Assembly (NCBI GenBank): GCA_963619155.1
Contig: CAVEVN010000013.1
Span: 5,263 to 69,262, forward strand
Reading direction: 5' to 3'
DNA length: 64,000 nt
DNA from: a bacterium
GTDB lineage: Bacteria; Patescibacteriota; Saccharimonadia; Saccharimonadales; Saccharimonadaceae
The first letter of the stretch is position 1. Each line of letters begins with the position of its first letter. This document shows positions 17,480-26,572 of this stretch, piece after piece. The notes under the pieces are model-generated. The model did not search any database, was not told the origin of the DNA, and worked only from the letters and a program-made list of their open reading frames with translations. Both the position numbers and the translations under genes were made by a program.

Positions 17480-19453
17480 CTACTTCCCCGCCACAAACGC
17501 CTTAATTTTCTCAATTTCGTCCCGCAGCAACGCAGCTTTTTCGAACTCTAAGTTTGCGGCGGCGAGTTGCATTTCGGACGACAAAGACTTAATCAACGTC
17601 GGCAATTCGTCTTTCGGCACGCGCCGAATGTCGAGCTTATTTTCTTTTTGTTTTTCCGGAATAATCGCGCGTAGACCCGCCGAAATTTCTTTTTTCACCG
17701 AATGAGGCGTGATATGATGCTCAAAATTATATTGTTTTTGAATTTCGCGCCGCCGATTAGTCTCCGAAATTGCCTTTTCCATACTTTCGGTGATAAAATT
17801 CGCATACATAACCACTTTCCCCTCTTCGTGCCGGGCCGCGCGCCCAATCGTTTGTACAAGAGCCGACTCGCTCCTTAAAAACCCTTCCTTGTCCGCGTCC
17901 AAAATCGCGACTAGTGACACTTCCGGCAAATCCAGTCCCTCGCGAAGTAGATTAATCCCGACTAGCACATCATAAACTCCAGCGCGCAAATCTCTTAAAA
18001 TATCGCCTCGCTCCAAAGTATCAATATCCGAATGAATATACGCCGTTTTCACGCCCCGCTCTTTTAAGTGATCGGTTAAATCTTCCGCCATCCGCTTAGT
18101 CAAAGTCGTAATTAGAGTCCGTTGCCCCTTCGCAATCCGCCGGTCAATTTCTTCCATCAAATCGTCAATCTGCCCCTCGGAGCCACGCACCTCAACTTCC
18201 GGGTCCAAAAGTCCGGTCGGGCGAATAATTTGCTCCGCCGGTTTCGGCGAATGCTCAAGTTCATAACTCCCCGGCGTCGCCGAAACATAAATCGCCTGGT
18301 TAATTTTCCCCTGAAACTCACCATAAGTGAGCGGTCGGTTATCTAGCGCCGACGGCAACCGAAACCCAAAATCCACCAACGTCGTTTTGCGCGCGTGGTC
18401 GCCATTATACATTCCCCGCACCTGAGGTAAAGTCATATGCGACTCATCAACAATCAAGAGCCAATCTTTCGGGAAAAAGTCAAGCAGTGTCGCCGGCGGT
18501 TCGCCCGCTTTGCGCCCGTCAAGATGTCGAGAGTAATTCTCAATCCCCTTCACAAACCCAGTTTCTTTCAACATTTCGAGATCATATTTTGTGCGCTGAC
18601 TGAGCCTCTGCGCCTCTAAATATTTTTGATGCTTTTCGAAATATTTCAATCGCTCTTCGAATTCCGCCCGAATTGCCACCAGTGCTTTTTCGAGCTGACT
18701 TTTTGGCGTGGCGTAATGCGTATTTGGAAAAATGTGCAAGTTTTTCGGCTTTTCACGCACCTCAAAAGTCAGCGGGTCAACAATTTTCAGTCCTTCCAAA
18801 GTATCAAAACCAAATTCAAACCGATAAGCATATTCCCCGTTCGCCGGATATAAATCAACCGTGTCGCCCATCGCCCGAAAATTCCCCCGTTCGAACGCTA
18901 GGTCATTGCGGTGATATTGCATTGAAACTAAATGCCGAATAAAATCCAGCTGAGACATTTCATCGCCGATTTCAATTTTGAGCGACATCGCAAGGTAATT
19001 CGCCGGCGAACCAATCCCATAAATACACGATACCGACGACACCACAATCACATCGTTTCGCGTGAGCAGAGCCTCGGTCGCGCCGTGCCTCAGCCGGTCG
19101 ATTTCGTCATTAATCGCCGAGTCCTTTTCGATATAAGTATCCGTCGAGGCGATATACGCCTCCGGCTGATAATAATCGAAATATGACACAAAATAATGTA
19201 CCTCATTTTCCGGAAAAAACTCTCGAAATTCAGAATAAAGTTGTGCCGCGAGAGTTTTGTTATGCGCCAGAATTAAAGTCGGCCGTTGCACATTTTGAAT
19301 AATGTTCGCCATGGTGAAAGTTTTTCCCGATCCCGTCACCCCGAGTAAAGTCTGTTCTTTTCGCCCCGCCAAAATCCCGTCCGTCAACGTCTTAATCGCT
19401 GCCGGCTGGTCGCCCATCGGCTGAAATTTCGAAACCAACTTAAACTTATTCAC
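17480..19453 (-). CDS. uvrB: Excinuclease ABC subunit B
   Basis: 657 aa. Supporting motifs are [20 protein letters not shown], Walker A GVTGSGKT, helicase motifs, and the C-terminal UVR domain [13 protein letters not shown]. The start codon is GTG. Confidence 0.96.
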   Translation of the reverse strand: MNKFKLVSKFQPMGDQPAAIKTLTDGILAGRKEQTLLGVTGSGKTFTMANIIQNVQRPTLILAHNKTLAAQLYSEFREFFPENEVHYFVSYFDYYQPEAYIASTDTYIEKDSAINDEIDRLRHGATEALLTRNDVIVVSSVSCIYGIGSPANYLAMSLKIEIGDEMSQLDFIRHLVSMQYHRNDLAFERGNFRAMGDTVDLYPANGEYAYRFEFGFDTLEGLKIVDPLTFEVREKPKNLHIFPNTHYATPKSQLEKALVAIRAEFEERLKYFEKHQKYLEAQRLSQRTKYDLEMLKETGFVKGIENYSRHLDGRKAGEPPATLLDFFPKDWLLIVDESHMTLPQVRGMYNGDHARKTTLVDFGFRLPSALDNRPLTYGEFQGKINQAIYVSATPGSYELEHSPKPAEQIIRPTGLLDPEVEVRGSEGQIDDLMEEIDRRIAKGQRTLITTLTKRMAEDLTDHLKERGVKTAYIHSDIDTLERGDILRDLRAGVYDVLVGINLLREGLDLPEVSLVAILDADKEGFLRSESALVQTIGRAARHEEGKVVMYANFITESMEKAISETNRRREIQKQYNFEHHITPHSVKKEISAGLRAIIPEKQKENKLDIRRVPKDELPTLIKSLSSEMQLAAANLEFEKAALLRDEIEKIKAFVAGK

Positions 19454-19484
19454 TTATTTATTATATCACGCTATAATAAAATGT

Positions 19485-19700
19485 ATGAAATATCAAGTCA
19501 CGGTCAAGCCCGGTAGTTCGCAGGAAAAAGTCGTCGCGACCGGCGACCAAGAGCTGACGGTTTACTTACGCGCCAAACCACACGACGGCGAGGCAAATTC
19601 TGTCCTGATTAAAATCCTCGCAAAACACTTAAACATTCCCAAAACCAGCCTCAAAATCACCCGCGGCCAAAAATCCCGCCACAAAGAAATCGAATTTTAA
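19485..19700 (+). CDS. DUF167 (YggU-like) small protein
   Basis: 71 aa. The segments VKPGSSQEKV...LTVYLRAKPHDGEAN..LIKILAKHL fit the DUF167 pattern. Confidence 0.75.
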   Translation: MKYQVTVKPGSSQEKVVATGDQELTVYLRAKPHDGEANSVLIKILAKHLNIPKTSLKITRGQKSRHKEIEF

Positions 19701-19701
19701 A

Positions 19702-19744
19702 CTTCCTATAATTACAGATTTTTAAAATGTGTAATTATAGGAAG
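19702..19744. repeat. Perfect 14-bp inverted repeat at the left edge of the GHKL/STAS segment
   Basis: CTTCCTATAATTAC (19702-19715) and GTAATTATAGGAAG (19731-19744) flank a 15-nt AT loop. No clear T-run follows. Confidence 0.6.
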
Positions 19745-19790
19745 CATTTCCCTGTTAGGCGACATAAAAAATCGCCCTATAGTTACATAC

Positions 19791-19819
19791 TTGACAAATC
19801 TGGAATTATACGCTAATAT
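19791..19819 (+). promoter_or_regulatory. Promoter of the GHKL ATPase gene (leaderless geometry)
   Basis: TTGACA, a 17-nt spacer, then TAATAT. The ATG at 19826 begins 6 nt after the -10 box. Confidence 0.6.
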
Positions 19820-19825
19820 AAAGAT

Positions 19826-20791
19826 ATGCGTATCCATTTTAGTAATCAAGGGAATTTGCGTTATTTTGCTCATTTTGCCGAGCAAATGACTTTTGATCAT
19901 CCTGAAACTCTAGAAATTACGGTAGACAAACGTTGGGTCAATGTTCATCCTGCGCACCTTACTCTTGCTGCCGCTATTGCGAGAGAAGTTGGTAAAGAAA
20001 ATACGAAAATTATTTCTGAGGTGCCCGAGTCGGCGAGATATATTGACCGTATGGGGTTTTATGCTCTCGCGAACACTCCGTCGCCCTTTTCTGAATATAT
20101 GCACAAAGACCCATCTGGGCGTTTTATTCCACTTACTTTCATTAAGACCACTGCTGACCAGTCGAAATTTATTTCAGAAATGATCCCGTTGCTACATTTA
20201 GACGACAATGATTCTTCAACAATTAAATACGTCATAGGGGAATTAGTTCGCAATGTTCTAGAGCACTCTTATGCAAAAAATGGTGCCGTCGTTTCTGCGC
20301 AATATTATAAAAATGCTAACCGTATTAGTTTGGCCATTTGCGATACCGGTATTGGATTATGGAAGGGACTGCAGATTTGGCATCCAAAAACCGACGAGGA
20401 AGCGATTCGTCTTGCTCTAATGCCGGGTATTTCTGGTACCACTCGTAAAGAAGGTGGAACTTCCGAAAATGCTGGCGCCGGTTTATTCTTTATTAAATCC
20501 ATCGCAAAGACCGCTCGGAACAATTTCGTCGTTTATAGTGGCGATACAGCCTATATCTTAAAAAAGACTCGTTCAGACCAAAAGAAACCGATCTTGAAAG
20601 CTGATCCGTTTGAAGATGCTTGTGTCCGCAAAACGGGCTTAGCACGTTTTAACGGAACGCTAGTGGCAGTGGACATCTCACTCGATGCGACAGTAGAATT
20701 TAGACAAATGCTAGATCTTATCGGCGATGTGTATGAGGATGCAATCCGTGAACGTAAAGAACAAAAATTTAGAAAACCTAACTTCATCTAG
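19826..20791 (+). CDS. GHKL-superfamily ATPase (histidine-kinase-like ATP-binding protein), otherwise uncharacterised
   Basis: 321 aa. It has an N-box (IGELVRNVLEHS), a G1 box (ICDTGIGL) and a G2-like box (GTSENAGAGLFF). I do not recognise the roughly 130-aa N-terminal and roughly 90-aa C-terminal regions. Confidence 0.75.
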   Translation: MRIHFSNQGNLRYFAHFAEQMTFDHPETLEITVDKRWVNVHPAHLTLAAAIAREVGKENTKIISEVPESARYIDRMGFYALANTPSPFSEYMHKDPSGRFIPLTFIKTTADQSKFISEMIPLLHLDDNDSSTIKYVIGELVRNVLEHSYAKNGAVVSAQYYKNANRISLAICDTGIGLWKGLQIWHPKTDEEAIRLALMPGISGTTRKEGGTSENAGAGLFFIKSIAKTARNNFVVYSGDTAYILKKTRSDQKKPILKADPFEDACVRKTGLARFNGTLVAVDISLDATVEFRQMLDLIGDVYEDAIRERKEQKFRKPNFI

Positions 20792-20799
20792 GAGGAAAA

Positions 20800-21093
20800 A
20801 TGGAAATTATTGAAATGAGAGATTTAGTTGGAGAATTTGCGGAGAATAAAGACATTGCAAAAGATCTACGCGTCAATCACCTATTGCCGGCACTTGCCGA
20901 TGATCGAGCGATTATTTTTGATTTTGAAGAAGTAAAGGGGGCTACACAGTCTTTTATTCATGCACTAGTAAGCGATGCTATCCGTAAATATCCAGACGTT
21001 GTTTTTGATAACGTTTTCTATAGAAACGCCAATGAAGAAATCCAAAAAATTATCACGATCGTCTACCGATATATGCAAGAAAGTTTAGCCTAA
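20800..21093 (+). CDS. STAS-like small protein (DUF4325-type)
   Basis: 97 aa with a strong SD (GGAGG) 5 nt upstream and 8 nt after the GHKL stop. The pattern IIFDFEEVKGATQSFIHALV resembles STAS-like DUF4325 domains. This assignment is from memory of the family. Confidence 0.6.
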   Translation: MEIIEMRDLVGEFAENKDIAKDLRVNHLLPALADDRAIIFDFEEVKGATQSFIHALVSDAIRKYPDVVFDNVFYRNANEEIQKIITIVYRYMQESLA

Positions 21094-21099
21094 GTAAAA

Positions 21100-22542
21100 C
21101 TAGTCCAACGACTTCATCGTTGGGAACGGCACCGCTTCCCTACCCGGCACACCTTCGAGCAACCAAAAGTTTCGTTCTGAATTGCCCCAACCACAAGCCG
21201 GTGGCATGCCGTATTCAAGCATCTCGACAAAATCGCGGTCGAGCATTTGCGCTTCCTCGTCGCCGGCGTCGCGCGCGGCTTGTTGTTCCTCGAATCGTTC
21301 GAGCTGGTCCAGCGGATCGTTAAGTTCCGAAAAGCCATTCCCCATTTCGGTTCCCGCAATAATCGGGTGAAACCGTTCCGTCACTAGCGGATTTTCTGCC
21401 GATTTTTTCGCCAGGGGCGACAAAGCGAGAGGCTCCTCAATCAACCAATACGGCCCCGCCGAAGTTTTGCGAATTAATTTCCAAACGTGGTCGATCAACC
21501 TTGCTTCCGACACGTCAAAATTCGTTTCTACGCCATTTTCTTTCAAAATTCGCACGAGTTGCGCCTTGTCCGGATTAAAGACATCCACATCGAACTTTTC
21601 TTTCAGCAAATCCGCATATTTCACGCGTGGCCATTCGCAGTCCAAGTCAATTTCAAACCCGCCAACATTAAATTTCAGCGTCCCCCACGTCTCCATCGCT
21701 ACATATTTTATCATTTCTTCATAAAACTTCATGCCGTCTTCGTAATTTTCATACGCCGCATACGCCTCGAATGCGATATGCTCCGGCAAGTGTTCATCAT
21801 CCACGCCTTCGTTGCGGAATCGCGGCCCAATATCATAAACTTTTTCAAACCCACCGCCGAGCAACCGTTTCAAAGGCAATTCGTGCGAAATTCGCAGGTA
21901 AAAATCCTCATCCAGCGCGTTCATATGCGTCACAAACGGCGTCGCATCCGCCCCGCCCGTCGTGTGTTCCAATACCGGAATATTCACTTCGATGTACCCG
22001 TGTTTATTCATAAAATCGCGCGTCGCCTGCCAGAATTTAGACCGGCGCACCAGCCGTTCCCGCACCTCCGGATTAACATTCATGTCAACATAGCGTCGCC
22101 GATATCGCTCTTCCTTGTTTGTGAATTTTTCCGGCAACGGCCGAAGCGTTTTCGTCAAAAGTCGCACCGAATTTGCAAACACCGAAATCTCACCAGTCTG
22201 CGACTTATCAACCACGCCTCGCGCCTCGATAAAATCGCCCACATCGAGCAACTTAATTTCTTTCACGCCAAATTCACCTTCCCGCACCTCGCCAGCTTTC
22301 ATAAAAATCTGCACTTCGCCAAAATAATCGCGCACCTTAACAAATGCCAACTTCCCAAACGACCGAATTGCCACAATTCGCCCTGCAATCACTACTTCTT
22401 GCCCCTGCTTTTCATCAAAATGGTCAATTATTTCCGAAATTTTGGTGTTGCGGAAACTTTTCGCCGGATACGGCTCGACACCCCTCGCCCGCACTTTCTC
22501 TAGTTTCCTAAGTCTCTCGTTTCTATAATCATCTAAAATCAT
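21100..22542 (-). CDS. lysS: Lysyl-tRNA synthetase (class II)
   Basis: 480 aa with an N-terminal OB anticodon-binding domain. Class II motifs are present (FRNEGVDDEHLPEH, and ELNDP near motif 3). Confidence 0.93.
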   Translation of the reverse strand: MILDDYRNERLRKLEKVRARGVEPYPAKSFRNTKISEIIDHFDEKQGQEVVIAGRIVAIRSFGKLAFVKVRDYFGEVQIFMKAGEVREGEFGVKEIKLLDVGDFIEARGVVDKSQTGEISVFANSVRLLTKTLRPLPEKFTNKEERYRRRYVDMNVNPEVRERLVRRSKFWQATRDFMNKHGYIEVNIPVLEHTTGGADATPFVTHMNALDEDFYLRISHELPLKRLLGGGFEKVYDIGPRFRNEGVDDEHLPEHIAFEAYAAYENYEDGMKFYEEMIKYVAMETWGTLKFNVGGFEIDLDCEWPRVKYADLLKEKFDVDVFNPDKAQLVRILKENGVETNFDVSEARLIDHVWKLIRKTSAGPYWLIEEPLALSPLAKKSAENPLVTERFHPIIAGTEMGNGFSELNDPLDQLERFEEQQAARDAGDEEAQMLDRDFVEMLEYGMPPACGWGNSERNFWLLEGVPGREAVPFPTMKSLD

Positions 22543-22638
22543 GTTATTATTATAACATAAAAATCAAAAATTTCTTGAACTTAAGAGCTGAAAGACTTTA
22601 AAAATTTGCTATATCCAGGCTGGAAGACTTTAAAAAGC

Positions 22639-23091
22639 CTATTTAATTTCTAAAACCTTAACTTTTTTCCCATTAAACTCAAACCCTTCCCCCGCACTTT
22701 TCCCCATCAAAGCCTTGCCGATTGGCGATTCGTTTGAAATTTTGCCTTCCAGCGGGTTCGCCTCGGTCGGCCCGACCAAAGTATATTCCATTTTCTTGCC
22801 ACCAAAGTCTAACGCCACGGTCGCACCGAGTGCCACTTTGTCTTTTTTGCCACCCCGAATTACCTTGGCATTCTTCAAAATCTCTTGGATTTCCAAAATC
22901 CGGCTTTCCGCCATTTTTTGCTCGTTGCGCGCCGAAGAATATTCCTCGTTTTCCGACAAATCGCCAAACGACCGCGCCGTTGCGATTTTTTCAGCAATCA
23001 CCGGGCGCTCGGCAATCAGCTCCTCCAGCTCCCGTTCTAATTCTTTCTTCCCCTCTGCGGTCAAATCCACGCTTTTTTTAATCATAATCAA
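22639..23091 (-). CDS. greA: Transcription elongation factor GreA
   Basis: 150 aa with a coiled-coil N-terminus. The motif SFGDLSENEEYSSARNEQ is the GreA signature. Confidence 0.92.
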   Translation of the reverse strand: MIMIKKSVDLTAEGKKELERELEELIAERPVIAEKIATARSFGDLSENEEYSSARNEQKMAESRILEIQEILKNAKVIRGGKKDKVALGATVALDFGGKKMEYTLVGPTEANPLEGKISNESPIGKALMGKSAGEGFEFNGKKVKVLEIK

Positions 23092-23247
23092 AACTCCATT
23101 TAAACTTACTCTAGTTTATAAAAAAACTACTTTAAAGTCAAGTCTAAAATGCTAGGTTTACCCAAATCGTCTTAAAAATCTCCAAGTTCACCAAAAATAC
23201 CATCAAAACATACTAACAAAATTACCTAAAAATTATTCTAGACGAGC

Positions 23248-24468
23248 CTAAACCAGCTCAGAAATCTTCACCAGTTTGGTCTCACCGCTTTGTCGGTGGC
23301 TCACCTCAGCATTTTTCTCCGCTACGGTTTTGTCCGAAAATACAATTCGCGTCGGCAAACCAATCAGCTCCGCATCCGCGAATTTTTCGCCCGCCCGCTT
23401 GTCGCGGTCATCAAACAAGGTATCGCTCTCATGCTCAGCGTAAAACTTCTCGGCGGCCTTTAACCCCTGCTCGCCAATCCCAATGACGTGATGTTTAAAC
23501 GGCGCCACCGCTTCCGGCCAGACCAGACCTTTTTCATCGGCAAACTTCTCGGCAATCACCCCCATTAGTCGCGACACACCAATCCCATAGCACCCCATAT
23601 AAACCACTTGTTGTTCGTTGCTCTCGTCCGCAAATTTCAAATCTAGCGGTTCGGTATATTTAAACTTCAACTTAAAGATATTCCCTACTTCCGCCGCCGT
23701 GGTTTCGCTAAAATTCTCCGCTTTCTCGCCAAATTCGCTCAAAACTTCCGGCGTGAACACTTCTTTGTTCAAAACCAGCGACTTGTCCGCGTTATAATAT
23801 ACCGTGTCTTCACCCACCGGCAAAAAAGTCTGATATTCATGCGAAAACTTGGCAAAAATTCCCCCACTCGCAAAAGTTTTATAGGTGCAGTCGCCAAGCC
23901 CGACCCGTTCAAAGATCCGCGCGTAAGCCCCTTCAACCTGTTCGTAAAACCGGTCCAAATCCTCCTCGGAAGTATGAAAACTATACAAATCTTTCATCAA
24001 AAACTCGCGCCCGCGCAAAATTCCCGACTTCGCCCGTAGCTCATTTCTAAATTTATTTTGAAACTGATACGCCGCGAACGGCAAATCTTTATAGCTCGTC
24101 ACGTATTTGCGTGCCAAATTCACCATTGGCTCTTCGTGTGTCGGGGCAAGGCCCAAAATCCCACCCCCAGCCAGCTCAGTTTTGAACCAAATATCTACTT
24201 CCGCGTCCGAAAACCGCCCAGTTTTTTCCCAAAGCTCCGGATTTTGCAACGCCGACATCGACAGTTCTTCGCAGCCGAGCTTATTTAACTCTTCGCGAAT
24301 AATCCCTTTCAAATTTTCAATCACGCGGAGTCCCAGCGGTAAATAATCATACACCCCCGCCATCTCTTTATGGATATAGCCCGCCCGAGTAAGTAGCGCG
24401 CCATTTTTCGCCGTCTCGTCTTTCGGCGCCTCGCGCAAGGTCTTGACAAAAGTTTTCGATAATCTCAT
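23248..24468 (-). CDS. proS: Prolyl-tRNA synthetase, short form without the INS editing domain
   Basis: 406 aa. The N-terminus MRLSKTFVKTLREAPKDE..LLTRAGYI, plus PTHEE, QFQNKFRNELRAKSGILRGREFLMKD, and GCYGIGVSR followed by an anticodon-binding domain, are bacterial ProRS motifs. The roughly 170-aa INS segment is absent. Confidence 0.88.
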   Translation of the reverse strand: MRLSKTFVKTLREAPKDETAKNGALLTRAGYIHKEMAGVYDYLPLGLRVIENLKGIIREELNKLGCEELSMSALQNPELWEKTGRFSDAEVDIWFKTELAGGGILGLAPTHEEPMVNLARKYVTSYKDLPFAAYQFQNKFRNELRAKSGILRGREFLMKDLYSFHTSEEDLDRFYEQVEGAYARIFERVGLGDCTYKTFASGGIFAKFSHEYQTFLPVGEDTVYYNADKSLVLNKEVFTPEVLSEFGEKAENFSETTAAEVGNIFKLKFKYTEPLDLKFADESNEQQVVYMGCYGIGVSRLMGVIAEKFADEKGLVWPEAVAPFKHHVIGIGEQGLKAAEKFYAEHESDTLFDDRDKRAGEKFADAELIGLPTRIVFSDKTVAEKNAEVSHRQSGETKLVKISELV

Positions 24469-24480
24469 AAAGTGATTATA

Positions 24481-25359
24481 TCACATTCCGAGCACATATA
24501 ACAGATAAAACGCCACTCCGTTTTTAAGCATATGCACTACGATGCCCGAATACGCCGTTCCGGTAATCTCCCGGAGCCCACACAGCACCACCGACATCGC
24601 AAACACATTCACCCCTACATTCCACTGCCCGTGCATAATTCCAAACGCGAGCGAAGTCAAAATAATCGAAATTGTCATCCCTAGCCAGTCAGCGGTTTTT
24701 TTAGATAAACTTTTGCGCATTTTACCATACATCCACCCCCGGAAAATAATTTCTTCCGCAATCGGTGCAATCACCACGAGCGCTAAAAACGCCACCAGCC
24801 GGTCGCCGTTAGAAGACAGAACGTTAAACCCTACGCCCTGCGCTTCCTCGGCGTTAAACCACGGAAATAGCGAAAATACCGTCGTGAGCCCCACCGCGAG
24901 AAGTAAATACGCTACGAATCCCACCGGCGCCAGCCCGAGGTCAGTCCAGGTCGGCAAACCTTTGAGTCCCAATTCTTCATGGCTGGGTGTTCTAGCTGAT
25001 ACGGTTTTTTCTGCTAGCACAGGTTTTTCTGCCGGCACGGGTTTTTCGGCGCGTTTTTGCTTCCGCCGAGCCAGTAAATTATACAATCTTGGCGACAGGA
25101 AAATCAGCGCTACTAGTGCTAGTGAATACGCAAGAGCCAGATACACCGCCGTCCACACCGGTTCACTCAGCAACGCCACGGCAGTTTCGCGACTGCCGGT
25201 CGCGAGAATCATAATTCCGGTCATGACAATCCCGACTACAACCTGCGCCACAAACACCACCACCATTGCCCAAAATGCCAACCCCACTAATTTTGCCGCT
25301 AACTTCCACCCCTGTTTTTTCGGCAATTTTGGACGCGCTTTAGTCGCTGTTTGTTTCAT
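24481..25359 (-). CDS. CPBP family intramembrane glutamic protease (CAAX-like)
   Basis: 292 aa, polytopic. The motifs EEIIFRGW and FGIMHG are present. Confidence 0.8.
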   Translation of the reverse strand: MKQTATKARPKLPKKQGWKLAAKLVGLAFWAMVVVFVAQVVVGIVMTGIMILATGSRETAVALLSEPVWTAVYLALAYSLALVALIFLSPRLYNLLARRKQKRAEKPVPAEKPVLAEKTVSARTPSHEELGLKGLPTWTDLGLAPVGFVAYLLLAVGLTTVFSLFPWFNAEEAQGVGFNVLSSNGDRLVAFLALVVIAPIAEEIIFRGWMYGKMRKSLSKKTADWLGMTISIILTSLAFGIMHGQWNVGVNVFAMSVVLCGLREITGTAYSGIVVHMLKNGVAFYLLYVLGM

Positions 25360-25360
25360 T

Positions 25361-26557
25361 TTAGCCTCCGTTGGTGATTTTAATGATATCGAGAATTGTC
25401 ACCAGAAAAATTAGTGCCAGTAGCGCCATCATCGCCCGCGCTACGATTTTTTCTTCCACTTCTTTGGTCAGTTTTTTCTTGCGGAGTTTATAAACTGCAA
25501 TCAGTAGCCACCGCCCGCCGTCCAGCGCCGGAATCGGGATCACATTCATGCACGCCAGCGAAACACTAATCAGCGCCGCGAGAAACGCCAAACTCCTTGG
25601 ACCCGCCGCGGTGAAAGCCGGGAACAGTTGTCCCACAATCCCAACCGGTCCCGCCACCGAATCGCCAACTTCCGAAATCGCTTCCTGCCCACTTTCGCGC
25701 ACCTCGGCACTGCCACTAAACTGCCGGGCTACCCCCGACACCAAATTCCATAGCATCGTCCCGACGCCCTTAAAAGTTTCGCCGGTCAGTTGTGCTGTCA
25801 GCCCTACTCCCACCACCGGCGCCGACCAAGTCGCATAGGTCAAAGTCTGCGTCGAGACCATCGTAATCCCGAGCAAATACTCCGCGTCGCTAGAATTTAA
25901 AGCCACTTCTGTTTTTTTGTCGCCGTTCAAAGTATACTCTACCGTCTCCCCCGCATGCGCTCGGTTGTATTCGTTAATCTCGCTCGCGCGCCAGATTTCC
26001 TGCCCGTCAATCGCCGTAATATAATCCCCGGTATTAAACCCTGCTCGTTCCGCCGGCGAATTTTCCGCCACATAGCTGACTTGCACCGGCGTCGCCTCGG
26101 TCCTGGCGTCCGCCTCGACCACGAATTGGTTTTCCAAAAACTCCGGCATCCCCGTCCAAGCCAAAATTGTAAAAATCACAATCGCCACCAGCCAGTTCAT
26201 CGCCACGCCAGCAAACAAAATCTTGGTTTTCGCCCAAAAACTCGCTGCCCCAAAAGTGCCTTTTCTCGTGTCCGCATCCGATTCCCCGTCCATCTGGCAA
26301 AAACCACCAATCGGCAACCAGTTCAGGCTAAAAATCAGACCGTCCTGAGGCTTTTTCCAATCTTTTTTGGGCAGTCTCTGCCATTTTTTCGTTTTCGGGT
26401 CTTTCACCCACGCCACAGCTCGCGGCGGAAAACAAATTCCAAACTCCAAAACTCGCACCCCGTTTCGGCGCGCCGCGATAAAATGTCCAAATTCGTGTAG
26501 AGTCACCAGCGCCATCAGCACCAAAAGCCCCACAACCACACCTATCAAAATATCCAT
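25361..26557 (-). CDS. rseP: Site-2 (M50) intramembrane zinc metalloprotease with PDZ domain
   Basis: 398 aa. It has HEFGHFIAAR (HExxH), a PDZ-like segment (ENSPAERAGFNTGDYITAIDG) and a C-terminal NVIPIPALDGG motif. Confidence 0.92.
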   Translation of the reverse strand: MDILIGVVVGLLVLMALVTLHEFGHFIAARRNGVRVLEFGICFPPRAVAWVKDPKTKKWQRLPKKDWKKPQDGLIFSLNWLPIGGFCQMDGESDADTRKGTFGAASFWAKTKILFAGVAMNWLVAIVIFTILAWTGMPEFLENQFVVEADARTEATPVQVSYVAENSPAERAGFNTGDYITAIDGQEIWRASEINEYNRAHAGETVEYTLNGDKKTEVALNSSDAEYLLGITMVSTQTLTYATWSAPVVGVGLTAQLTGETFKGVGTMLWNLVSGVARQFSGSAEVRESGQEAISEVGDSVAGPVGIVGQLFPAFTAAGPRSLAFLAALISVSLACMNVIPIPALDGGRWLLIAVYKLRKKKLTKEVEEKIVARAMMALLALIFLVTILDIIKITNGG

Positions 26558-26572
26558 AACCTTATTATACCA

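Noticed and set aside
21487-22503. A 338-aa plus-strand ORF, with similar long antisense ORFs at 24542..25414 (290 aa), 56362..57210 (282 aa), 25955..26500, 339..863 and 22715..23155.
   Set aside because: Each lies entirely antisense to a gene with unmistakable family motifs (lysS, CPBP protease, beta-helix protein, rseP, fusA, greA). Their translations are low-complexity and rich in R, S, P, F and H, with no motifs. They are shadow ORFs.
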